Source: Marsupella aquatica (taxonomy: Eukaryota > Plantae > Marchantiophyta). From it: a DNA stretch of 64,000 bases. The stretch is taken from positions 22,333,168-22,397,167 of the forward strand of contig OZ316891.1 of NCBI GenBank assembly GCA_973895155.1. The letters are read 5' to 3'. Positions 47,687-59,072 of this stretch are shown in pieces (the stretch's first letter is position 1; every line of letters starts with the position of its first letter). The notes beneath the pieces were generated by a model, which was not told the origin of the DNA, did not search any database, and worked only from the letters and a program-made list of their open reading frames with translations. The translations under genes were made by a program, and so were the position numbers.

Positions 47687-49870
47687 TAGAAGACAAAAGT
47701 CTGTTGCAAAACATCTAGATTAGAGAACAGTGTAGTCAGCCACTTGAAGAACTATTCATTGGACAGTTGGTCCAGCTATTCTTTCTTCACGTTTGATTTA
47801 ACTTTGGGTAATCGAGTTGAAGCCCTCAAATAGTGACAGCTTTAGCCTTGGCGATTCCTTCATGTTTCGATGCAGCTTGGAGGGAGTACTCTCCTGGCTT
47901 CACCGTCTCTTTGTAACAAATTTATTCATTACAGCAAGGTCCAAGGAAATACTTTAGAGCAATTGTGTCGAGGCGCTTTTTCTCCATTGGATGCTGACAG
48001 CTTCCCATCATCTGAACCCTCAGTGTCGGACGAATGTGTATAGCCGGGAGCTGGGTTTCTCCCTGAAGGCTGAGGTCTGGCTACTGTACAGTAGGTCTGC
48101 CTCAAGTTGAAGTCACCACCATTTCAATGGGTCACAATGGGCACTGAAGCAAAAGCACGTTAAACCTACAGTCGACGATTGAAGAATCACTTGAGGATAA
48201 CCTTCCTTGAAACCGAACTTTTTGGAAACCTTTCATGTACCTTTGGCTCTTTTGTACTCTGGAGCATTTTTTGATCAAGATAGAATCTTCCAAAGACAAG
48301 TCCAATAACTTCACCACAATCATCACTCCGGCAGGCTATATCGTATTCTCCCTGAGAATTGTCATCATCCAGAGTAATACATCTACAGGAAGCGAATTTC
48401 TAATAATGACTGAGTAGCGAACTGCAATACTATCAGCTTGACAGATCCCTCGTGGTCGGATGCGTTCGTCACACTTCACGTATCGATTTGCCAATCATTC
48501 ATCTGCGTTTTGACCCATCATTTCATTCTCACCAAGAGTAGCAAAAGTTTGGCCGAAAGTAGTTACTTCCAAAAACTTTATCTGTATTTTACATCTCCAT
48601 AGGACCCAATATTGATTCATTGCCTCAGGCGACTATTTCTGTTTGCACAGCTCTCATCATGAATTGCCATTTCTCTTCCACTCTGAACTCCCTGGTATTT
48701 CCTTACTCCGGAATCGATCCACGCCATGACACAACAATCCTCTCTCTGCGCCTCTGGCTAATCATTATGAAAGCGTTATCTAGACACCCTCATGAATGCT
48801 ATGCTCCTGTACTTCAATCGCCAGTACAGGAACACCTTTTGTTGCCCACCTTCCCGTCAGTCTCCATCCTTCGTAACTTTACCGTAAACCTCGCTCTCCC
48901 TCTCTTTCATTCAGGACATCACAAAGGGAGGAGAGATTGAGAGGCTCTCGTTTGATCAGGATAACACAAAGGGAGGAGAGATGAGAGGCTGGGAAGTGCT
49001 CTTGACGTGTTGCATAACGGAACATGTCATAAATCGACTCACGTATAGCAATTAATAGTGTACCATGATGGAATTCCAGTAATACAAGTCAGTCATTTGC
49101 CATCAGCACGAAAACTGATTGGGTCGGTACTTGACATCAATTTTGTTGTGATAACAAACTCAATCAGCAGAGCAGAAGGCATGACACCGTGAGACACAAT
49201 CGGTGGTGCCGCTGCAAGGTGCCAATCAAACACTAGGTGCCAATCAAACACTTGGAGCAGTGACATTGGATTAATGGTTCTCATCAGTTATTATGTTGCT
49301 GCTGCAGGAGAATCGTGGCACCGACCATTCCTTTGCACGAAGAGGCTATTAGTGTACCGTACCATTCTATCTGTAGGTGGACTTTTGTGTAACCCTCTTG
49401 CTGACTTCTACTGCCACTATATAAGTCTACAATAATGTTGTTTAGCATTATTCTCAAGCATCATAACTCACAATCCTGCAAAATGCTGCTGTTCTTTTTT
49501 TTGCACGTGCAGCACGTGCGTCTCGCCAGGGCCATTCAAAGTCTAGGGACAAGGGCAGTCCTAGGTGAAAGAAACTCTCCTGGGGTCTATTTACAAAGTA
49601 ATGTGGGCAGGTATTTTGCCATCTATTAAATTTCTTTTCCACTCTTGCCAACAATTGGATTTCTTTCTGGTTTGTTGACAACATTGTGATCGCCTGCAAG
49701 GGGGTCTGATGGCAAGGGGAGGCCAGTGCGAGGCAAGGCGGTTAGACACAGTTGACCCCAGACATAATCATGTGTTGGGCCGGGCAGGGCGTGTTGCACA
49801 AGGGGGAGGCAAACAATTGGGAGGGGCATCATTTCAGCTATTCTAATCATTGTGATTGTATTTATTGTCA

Positions 49871-50098
49871 TTGCAAAACAGCTTTTAAGTACTGAATATG
49901 TTCTAATTCACAATATTGTCACTCTTTTTATTGTATTTATAAAAATAACACGAAATAGTATATGAATGACAAATTCACCATAGTGACCAAGGGAACTACA
50001 TACGAGAAGAGTGTCATTTTTATAAATACAAAAAAATAGTGACCTTATTGTAAATTCAAACATTTTTGGTGGCAATGTACTTAAAAGCTGTATTGCAA
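49871..50098. mobile_element. AT-rich foldback MITE (~228 bp)
   Basis: ttgcaaaacagcttttaagtac...gtcact...ttgtatttataaaaataacac pairs in inverted orientation with gtgtcatttttataaatacaa...agtgac...gtacttaaaagctgtattgcaa. Confidence 0.75.
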
Positions 50099-50304
50099 AA
50101 GTGATGTCTTTTCAATTGTCTATATTCCATTTGTTGTGGAATTCAGTTGTTGTTGCTCGGCAAGGGTCCGGCAAGGGTTTAGGGTTTTAAGATCCCCTCT
50201 CCTCTCCTCCCTTTCCCTCCCTTTCCCTCCCTGTCTCATGCATCTCCATTCTCCCTCCACCCTGCCCCTCTCCTCTTCTCTCCCCTTCTCTCCGCGCAAC
50301 CCCA

Positions 50305-50540
50305 AAAAACAACATGGCTGCAATGAGGACAATTCTGCAACCACAACATGGCCATATCGATGACCTGGCCAAAATGATGACACTTCCACAACAATACAAC
50401 AACCGGCATGGCCACAACCGCAACACAACTCAACAACCATCTGGCTAAAACAACAACATTTCCAAACAAACAACATGGCTGCAATGAGAACTTGTCTAAA
50501 ATGATGATTGACTTCCACACCCACAACATGGTTGCAACAC
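50305..50540. repeat. Degenerate CAACATGGC/CAA-rich tandem repeats
   Basis: aacaacatggctgcaatgag and aaaatgatga..acttccaca each occur twice, with several cacaacatgg motifs. Confidence 0.65.
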
Positions 50541-51647
50541 TGGTATGGCAGTCTATACTATAATTCATGATCAAAGTCTAGCCATCATGGCCTACTCGAC
50601 AGAGTTAATCTATTGAGTAAATGGGCGCTGCTCAAAGACAACATGCACATGTGCAACATCCAATGAATACACATAAGAGACTGTGGTCAACATAAGAGAT
50701 CATGGTTCACCTCCAAGAGGCTCTGTCCATGGGAACACATATGAGAGCTTTTCTATACTCTCCTTATGTTTCAAATTGCTCTGAAACCCCGTCTGAAAGA
50801 ATGAACCCAAGTTCCCCACACTAACTAAATCCTGCTAGTGAATGTAGTAGTGACACATTTGGGGGTGCACATCTAAACTTAGCCAAGTATCTGAGCCATG
50901 GTTAGACTAACTGCAATTATATACTAACTATAGACCCAAGAGTAATGCCTAACAGAATCCATAGGAATTGTTTTGGCCGCATATCAAAATTTGGATATAT
51001 CAAAGATATCAAATATCAAATCTTGTGGATGTCAACCAGCATGCAAGTGAATATCCAAGATGCAACCAGTAACCTGCACAAAACAGTGTAAAATTTGGAT
51101 ATTTGTCCTATTTGGCAATTTGTGTGCACGTGCACCAGTATTTGGGCTAGTAGACACAAAGGTTAGTAATGGAGATTTGGATGGACACACTCAAATCATT
51201 GTGGAACAATTAGGTCAGGATTGCAAATGGTATCATAAAAAGTACATTAAGTTAACCCCCCTTGGATAACATGTACTTGCATCCCCTCAGGAGTTTCTTC
51301 AATGAAATAAGAGGTTTTAATTGTGTTCCCTTTGTGCTTGAGGTGGTAAGTCCTTTGCAAGACTCCCCAATCTCGGTATCTTTCTCAGGTCACAATGGTA
51401 TATTTATTCTAAAAATAGAATTAAAATTAACTTTGTAAGATACTATCAATTTATTTACTGATCACGACCAAACAGAAAATGAACTATGTCTAAGGATGAG
51501 CACCTCTTATATCCATCCCAATATATTCTTGTTCATAATTTAGATCATATATGTCATTTTTGCCCACGTAAACAGTTGGTCGTAGCATTGCCTTTTATGG
51601 CCTTGACATAAGCAAATCTCAGTGGCACCCTGACTTAGCCAGCAAGT

Positions 51648-52174
51648 AAGCTACTGAGCTCCCATTTTTCTGGATCCACGTCAATCCTTGGCTTAAAATG
51701 GGACAAAGTAGAGATTCAGAACTCTCTAGTGACTCTTGAGCTTCCAAAGAGAACATGTGGCTATTAGGTTTCCTAACTTTCCAAAGTGAGATACTCAGAT
51801 TATGAGTCACTCTCCAAACTGAGATATTCAGATTATGAACCGCTGCGCGCCCACCCCCCCCCCCCCCTAAAATAAAAACCTCTGATAATGACAAACAAGT
51901 ACATAGCAATCAATGGAAGGCTACTGAGCTCCCATTTTTCTGGATCCACATCAATCCATGGCTTAAAATGGGACAAAGTGACTCTTGAGCTTCCAAAGGG
52001 AACATGTGGCTATTAGGTTTCCACTTTCTGGATCCACACTAACAGTGACTTTCCAAAGTGAGATACTCAGATTATGAGTCACTCTCTAAAGTGAGATATT
52101 CAGATTATCCCCCCCCCCCCCTAAAAAAACAAAACCAAACCTCCGATAATGATAAACAAGTACATGGCAATCAA
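51648..52174. repeat. ~270 bp direct duplication with internal sub-repeats and poly-C tracts
   Basis: gctactgagctcccatttttctggatcca...ttccaaagtgagatactcagattatgagtcactctc...poly-C...gataatga.aaacaagtacat.gcaatcaat begins at ~51650 and ~51920. Confidence 0.85.
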
Positions 52175-53690
52175 TTCAAGCATACACATACGAAAATTTA
52201 AAAACCAAAAAACCTTGAGGAGCATCTACAGTAGACATCTTACGAATGAAGCTAGGAAAGAAACAGTACCTAAAATTTCTGGACAGATGCAGTGAAAGGT
52301 AGGAAACTGTTTCCAGGGAACTTTTATGTTTTCCCTCCCAAACCAGAAGTGTTTCAAATTGGCTCGGCAATATCATTATTTTGTGAAACTGAAAAGATTC
52401 TCGGAAACAAAAATGTATACAAAGGAATTATTGGAGCATCCTTGATGACTCCCAGTTGCAATAATCCGTTGCAGAAAGGACAAAGCATTTTGAATATGAT
52501 ACAAGTATAGATAATTAGTGGGTATGCGAGTCAGGTCAAGTGCCATAAAAAATAATTGCCATAAAAAAGTATTGATAAAATTTCTGGATAATTGAAATAG
52601 TTATTTATTTTGTGGCTGAAACATGCAATGAACAAATGGACACTGTGATTTGCCACCCATGTGATTTCCCACCCACGTGCTTATGCATATGAATTTTCTA
52701 GGTGTCCTGGTTAGTGCACATGTTTTGCACTTGTCAAGTACTCCTTTAAGGAAACCTCACTCAACATTTGCACTTGCCCAGTATTGCAAGTTTGAGTTCA
52801 AATTTTAACGCTCAATATATTGTGTAAGGTATGTATACAAGAAAAATGATGTCCTGACCAATTCCACTTAGCATAACAGACTTGTTAGGGATTTACTGTT
52901 GGGTCTAGAGTTACTCTCCAACTGTAGTCAGGTACTTGATCAAGGTTAGGTATGTACACAAACAGGCGTTAGCTTGTGAATGAAACTTAGGCTCATTGTT
53001 ACAAAGTAGTTGAGAGAAAAAGAGACCTTGGTCTATAGAGATTTAGTATGGCTAATGGGCCTAGAATGCATCAAAGCTCTCTTGTGTGTTTATGTAGATA
53101 TAACCTTGAGATGTGAATCTCGTTTTTCTTGTGTTGACTAATTGCTTGTTCGATATTTCATATGTGCATGCATGCCATCATGAGAAATCCATTTTCAACA
53201 AGACTTGATTGTCAGTCTCAAGGCTAACATGCATCCCAAGCAGTCTATTTCCTCTAGACAATACATTTCAATGTTTTGATGTCAAATCTTTCATGGTGAA
53301 TGACGTACATAGAGCCAAAATGGAACTGGCCAAAATATACCCTAGGCCCGATATTCGTTGACTAACCAAAGTCATGAGATGGAGAGAAGCCAAGTGATAT
53401 GAGCTGAAACAACTCATCTCCTGCCAGAAATATCAAGCAATGAGTACAAGCTTTATAATTGGTTAACTGGATTGCCATTTCAAAGTTTGAATATAGTAGG
53501 AGTGAGATAAAAATGCATCCAAAAGAAGTTACAAACCCTGTACTTTTCTGGCAAAACTTGGCAAGTTCAAACAAAGAATATTACTTGGTCAATTTGAGGA
53601 TTGTATGTCCCCATAATTGCACATCAACATATGACAATATACATCACTCCATACCGTGATAGACTTAATTATTCTCTTTGTGTATGATTA

Positions 53691-53838
53691 GGGGGACACA
53701 TTAATTTGGTGAATACAAAAATGACACGATAAACAAGAAAAAACAAATGCAAAGAGTCTTTTGATTACGGGGAGACGTTAATTCGGTGAATATTAAAATG
53801 AAACGATAAACAAGAAAACCAAATGCAAAGAGTCTTTT
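53691..53838. repeat. ~77 bp diverged tandem repeat
   Basis: ttaatt.ggtgaata..aaaatga.acgataaacaagaaaa..aaatgcaaagagtctttt occurs twice. Confidence 0.8.
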
Positions 53839-54568
53839 GTTATGCTGTGATAATGTAATTTATTGAACTATAACCGTTAACTGTACAGACTTAAAACTTT
53901 AACACTAGACAACTCTTGGGCAGTATTAACATTAACAGGATAAACCTTCCAACTTAGTTTGGTATGGGTCAAAACGATACAAAGACACCACTGTATTCTG
54001 AAAGCAAGGATGGACAGGTTTTGGGTATACAAGGGTAGAAGCCTTGGTTGGGTAGCTGCAAAGTAAAAGGACCATCCAAGAAAGAAAGAAATTGCTATAG
54101 ATCATGGAGGAGACAGGAAGCATGGATGACTTCATTCAATCTATGTGACTACCTTTGGGTCATTGACCTGGTATCTAAACTCACAAGCAGGCTCATTCTA
54201 TCAAATTTGTATGAGCGAAAATTGACTTCAAATTCAAGATATGTGAAACCAAGTTTTGCCTACCAAGAGAGTCAGTTTGGCAAAGTGGCCAGTATTCAGG
54301 ATTTTTCCTTGTAGAAATTTTGGTACTGAGGGGAAATTTCTTTTTGCCATTGATCATAAATATCCAACAAATGTGGATAAGAGGATGACATAACATTTTC
54401 CTAGAATTTCCACATTTCTGAATGATTATAGCTGGACCGTATATATAATGTGCCAAATCTCATAAGGTCTGTTGGATGCCTTGTGGTGGCTCTATGTGAT
54501 TATATGCTTCAAAGTAAAGAAAATTAGTTCTGACAATAGTCTATGAGTCTCACTAGTATTTATTTTTG

Positions 54569-54589
54569 CCCTAAACCCTAAACCCTAAA
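54569..54589. repeat. Interstitial telomere-type repeat (CCCTAAA)3
   Basis: ccctaaaccctaaaccctaaa read directly. Confidence 0.8.
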
Positions 54590-54741
54590 TGCCTATGTTC
54601 AAAGCTATCCAACCAACGTGAATAAGAGGATGACATCAAGTTTTCTCAGAATTTTCACATCTTCTGAACCACTAAAATTGGACCCGTAAATTCAATGTGC
54701 AAACTTTCTAGGGTCTGTTGGGTGCCTTTGCTGTGCTCTCT

Positions 54742-55440
54742 CCGCGGCAGGGTAGGGCAGGGCAGAGTGGCAGGGTAAAGAGCTTCGGGCACAGAACTGG
54801 GGGAGGATCGCACACCTGGTAGCAGGGAATGGGGCGGGGCAGGGGTAGCGCAGAGCAGAGTGGCTGGCAGGGTAGGAGACTCGGGCACAGAATTTGGGCA
54901 GGATAGCACCTCCAGCGAGGCAGGGGCGGGCAGGATAGCACACCGGGTAGCAGGGAATTCGGGCAGGGTATGGCAGGGCAGAGTGGCAGGGTATGGCAGG
55001 GCAGAGTGGCAGAGTAGGAACCTTGGACAGGATGGCACATCGGGCAGGGTAGCTCGATAGCGCATGGGGAAGGATAGTGCATGGGGCAGCAGGGAATTCG
55101 GGCAGGGTAGCACATCGGATTGCACATCGGGCAGGATAGCACATCGGGCGTCACGAAGTTCGGGCAGGGCTAGGCAGGAACCTCGGGCAGCAGGGGAAGT
55201 CGGGCAAGGTAGCTAAGCTATACATTGGGCAGGGAAGCACGATTGCTTGAGCACACTAGCACAGCCAGCACCAGCATTTTACATGGGTCAGGGACTCAGG
55301 GTAGCAGATCGGGCAGGACAGCACATCGGGCAGGGCAGGGCAGGGCAGGGCAGGGCAGGGCAGGGCAGGGCAGGGCAGGAACCTCGGGCAGCAGGGAATT
55401 TGGGCAAAGGTGGCTGCACGTCGGGCAGGGAAGCACGATG
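54742..55440. repeat. G-rich GGGCA-based minisatellite
   Basis: Recurrent cgggcagggtagcacatc / ggcagggcagagtggcaggg units and a pure (GGGCA)n run at ~55328-55378. These repeats produce the spurious Pro/Cys-rich ORFs in the track. Confidence 0.9.
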
Positions 55441-55641
55441 GATCTTTTTATTGGCGTTGCTGAGCACAGCCAGCCAGGACACTAGCACAGCCTCGAGGCC
55501 CACACCCCACCACACCACGCCACACCACACCACACACAGCCAGCAAAGAGCCCCCAGTAGTAAAGCAAGTTCAGCCCCCTCTCTCCTGTGATGCATACAT
55601 AGCCTGTGTCTCAGCGAAGTCCGAGGAAAGAGACTACAGAG

Positions 55642-55986
55642 TATGGCATCTCAACCTTGGAGTTGCGGGGAAAAAATGACTCACCGAACTATCACTTTCG
55701 GGTCACCGTTCAGCGATGTGCGGACACGGATTTGGATTTTTGTGTTCGTCACGTTTTTCCCAGGAATCTGTCCCTGACCGCTACTGGAGGCAAGAATGCG
55801 ACGTTTGAGATGCCCTAGTAGTGTATACATTAGGGCTTCTCAAACTTCGTGTTGCTGCTTCCGGTTGCGGTCAGAGATGGAATCCCGGGAAAAAAGTGGT
55901 GGACACAAAAATCCATGTCTGCACACTGCTGAACCGTGACCGAAACTTCTAATTCTGGGCCTCTTTTTTTTCCCGCAACTCCAAGG
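55642..55986. mobile_element. Two inverted copies of an hAT-like MITE (TIR TAGGGCATCTCAA) forming a ~345 bp palindrome
   Basis: Copy 1 spans 55642-55817 (tatggcatctcaa...ttgagatgcccta). Copy 2 starts tagggcttctcaa at 55831 and is the reverse complement of copy 1 out to ttttcccgcaactccaagg (55986). Confidence 0.75.
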
Positions 55987-57059
55987 ATAGGGAGTCTGAA
56001 ATCAAACTTTAATAGATGGGGACTTGTTGGGTCGAGAGTTTGCGGTGCGGGATAGAGCCTGAAACCTTTTTTTCTGGGCTTTTTTGGCTAACCTGCAGCA
56101 CATTGGTAGCACATTCAAAAGGCAGTACAGTCTACAGTGCAGTGTGTATATGTGCATTCCATGGTTAAGTGCAGAGTAACAATCTGTAAATGCAGCAGCT
56201 ATAAGTGCATTCTCTGGTGAATTCCATGATTAGGTGCAGGCTGGCCATGTTATCCCCTAATCTTAAAGGCAGTTTTCTTCCTAGATGCACCAACTGTGTG
56301 TGCAGACTATGTGCAGGTTGGCCGTGCCATCCACTAAATAATATTACAATAATTTATGTTGTAAAAGCACCCAAAATGCAGTTTGCATGAGTGTAGGTGT
56401 ACCTTCACTCAACTAAAAATACGCAATAAATTAAAATACTTAATGCATTTCTCTATAGATTACTGACGATTTATTACTTACTGCAATACATACATAAATT
56501 ATTATTTTTGATAATGATAAGTGAAGTGGACAGTTACATAAAATAGTTTCATGCACTTATTCATGTATTTTTTTGGGGTAATATATACCTTGTCATTGCA
56601 TTTTTCCATTTATCACTATGCCACTCTTTTTATTTTCGGGTTAAGAAACCTTACCCAGGTGACCTCTTTCACATCCAATGGTTGTCATCACACTCAATTT
56701 TGGAATCAGATGGCCTGGGTCTCCCTCAACGTGACTTGGACCATCCTAAGGAGTACTGAGGCAAAGGCTCTGCACATGTACAGGCTGGCATTAGATTGAG
56801 GCCATGCATAGGATGGGGGGACAGGACCACACAAGCCGCCCCCTGGTCAGCTGACCCAAGGGTGGTCAAGATTGTTTTGAGGGAGACCTGGGTGTGATGA
56901 TGGCCATTGGACGTGAGGAGCTAACCTAGGTTAGTTTTCTTGATCCACAAACAAAAAGAGTGATAGTGTGATACATGGAAAAAAATTCAGTGGCAAGGTG
57001 CATATTATGCCAGAAAAGAGGGACAACCTTGTACATCCCAGTATTAATGATATTACACA

Positions 57060-57580
57060 TATAACATGGTGCAAGGTGCAAGGTGCAAAGTGCAAAGTGC
57101 ACATATAAGATAATTCATATAATGGATAAAGTGCACTCATAACATAATGCATACAGTGGATAAAGTGCACCATGGATAAGTACAGGCTTGAGGTGTCTTT
57201 CCGGGATCATGCACTTAGACACTATAGTGCATAAGCTATTTCCATGCACATAGAGGACTGCATATAGGATACCTGGTGCATACCATGCATAAGTGCACCA
57301 TGAGGACAAGTGCAGGCTAGGCGCACTTGACACTAGCGCGTCTGCAAATTTCCATGCACATATGGACGAGGGCATAAATGATATCTGGTGCACTTATAAC
57401 ATGGTGCACATCGTGGATAAGTGCACCGTGCGGATAAGTGCAGACTAGGTGCACTTATTAAGCACTGGGGCGTAAAGCAGTTTCCACGCACATATGGAGG
57501 AGTGTATAAATGAGATCCGGTGCACTAATAACATGGTGTGTACCGTGGATAAGTGCACCGTGAGGATAAGTGCAGGCTAG
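57060..57580. repeat. Degenerate tandem repeat rich in GTGCAC / GGATAAGTGCA motifs
   Basis: Repeated aacatggtgca, gtggataagtgcacc, gataagtgcaggctagg and tttcca.gcaca motifs with a period of roughly 125-140 bp. Confidence 0.75.
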
Positions 57581-59072
57581 GAGCGCCTTCGAGGGGGATC
57601 CTGCAATTCAATTAGACACAGTAGACTGTACACATCTGCGTGCGTGCGTGCGTGATGAGCGCACAGCAGCTCTTTGCAATCGGAGAAGAGCTGCTACTTT
57701 GCGTTGTCTTGCGTGGCGTATGAGCTTGCGCAATGGTTGCCTTTGCCTTGCGTCGTGTTTTGCCGTAGCAAACGAGCTTCTTGGGGATGGTGATGCGGAG
57801 CTAGATGCATCAGTGGCTGTGAAGAAGCTTTGGTGCGCATAGTCGAGCTCAGAGAGCGAGCGAGAGAGGAGCTGTGAGGTGGAAAGCGGGACGGGAGGGG
57901 ATTGCGGAGGCGTAGTTGTGGTCGGGATTGGAGACTCGGAGGAGGCTATGATGTGATTAGTCGTTGAGTTGAGAATGATTTGAGGAAGGGAGAGTGTCAA
58001 GACCGTGATGAATGTTGTCCCAGAGCAGGTACTTTGTGGAGACGTCGATTGAGGAGGATGAGACACGCAGGACTTGTGACATTCTAAGTTGAGGACTTCG
58101 TTCAGGTGGTTCGTGATTTTGGGAATTTGAGGGTGTTGCTCTTCTTGGCACGCAGCAGCTGGACGGTGCGGAGCTTCTGCTTGGATCGAGGAGGAGGACG
58201 TTGTGGGGATGCTTCTTTTTAGGTCAGTAAGTGTACTTTCAGCTGCCCGCTTCACCATTGCATGCAACGGTCGTAGGTCACTGGGCTGGGCCCTCTCAGC
58301 CCCTCACTCTTCTTCAGGGCTAGGGGAAGGTGTACTGGATCACTTGCTGTAGAGAAACAGTCTGGGGGAGTGTTATTAAGAAGCGTGGAGCAACAGGTCT
58401 ACTGTCAGACAGAATGGTGAAGAGATACTGAGTGGCACACCATTGAGACTTCCGTCGTTCACTTCTGCACTTTGTCTTGGGGGCGTTGAATTCCTCTCCA
58501 CCGAATGGTTCTAGTTGTTCTGAAGAGGAGAGGCATGAAAAATTTGCGGAGCAGAATCGAAGGACATAGCGGGAGCAGCACTAGGGCAGAAGAGTTCACT
58601 CACATGGCCGGTTTTCTTGCAATGCATCCTCGTGGAAGTGTCTGGGTGGTAGGCAGATAAGTCGAGGCGGTTTTTTCGGGTGGGCTGATTGCCTGGAAAA
58701 TGCCTCCGGACAGAAACTCTGTGGGATCCGACCACGGAACTTGGATCGTCCCAAAGTGGATATGTTTAGGAGGCTCCGGACTAGACTAGACAAAGTGTGG
58801 CTCTTTTTATCATCACAATTGCTTAAGATCGACACCTAGGAAGTGCTCACGAATCAGTCGCGTTAGACCTCTCACTTGTGGGTCTTGTTCCGAAATGCAT
58901 CGACGGGTTTCATCGTAATTCTTCCTTCTGAATCTGTCAAGTTTTGCTTCTGAAGAATCCGGAAAGATTGGGCTTTCCCTCTGACCCTACATTGATGGGT
59001 GCAACTTTTTCAGGTCTCGCAGCTCTTAGCCATCTTGCCGCCTCGCTTTGAGTGAACCCCTGTGACCCCAAG

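Noticed and set aside
48190-48385. Minus-strand frame ...EYDIACRSDCGEVIGLVFGRFYLDQKML..., vaguely Yippee/Mis18-like, after a possible TAG acceptor
   Set aside because: No frame-compatible upstream exon or start could be built and the similarity is too weak; a tBLASTn/HHpred search would be needed.
54655-55596. Pro/Cys-rich and GQGRA-repeat ORFs
   Set aside because: Open in several frames because of the GGGCA minisatellite; no coding signature.
42590-55823. Large CACTA element bounded by cactactac (42590) and gtagtg (55823)
   Set aside because: The TIR match is only a few bases, no TSD or transposase is present, and the span would include the intact GCS gene.
57608-58267. 219-aa minus-strand ORF
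   Set aside because: Low-complexity Ser/Thr/Pro product that is antisense to a GA-rich probable 5' leader of the DUF761 gene; no recognisable domain.
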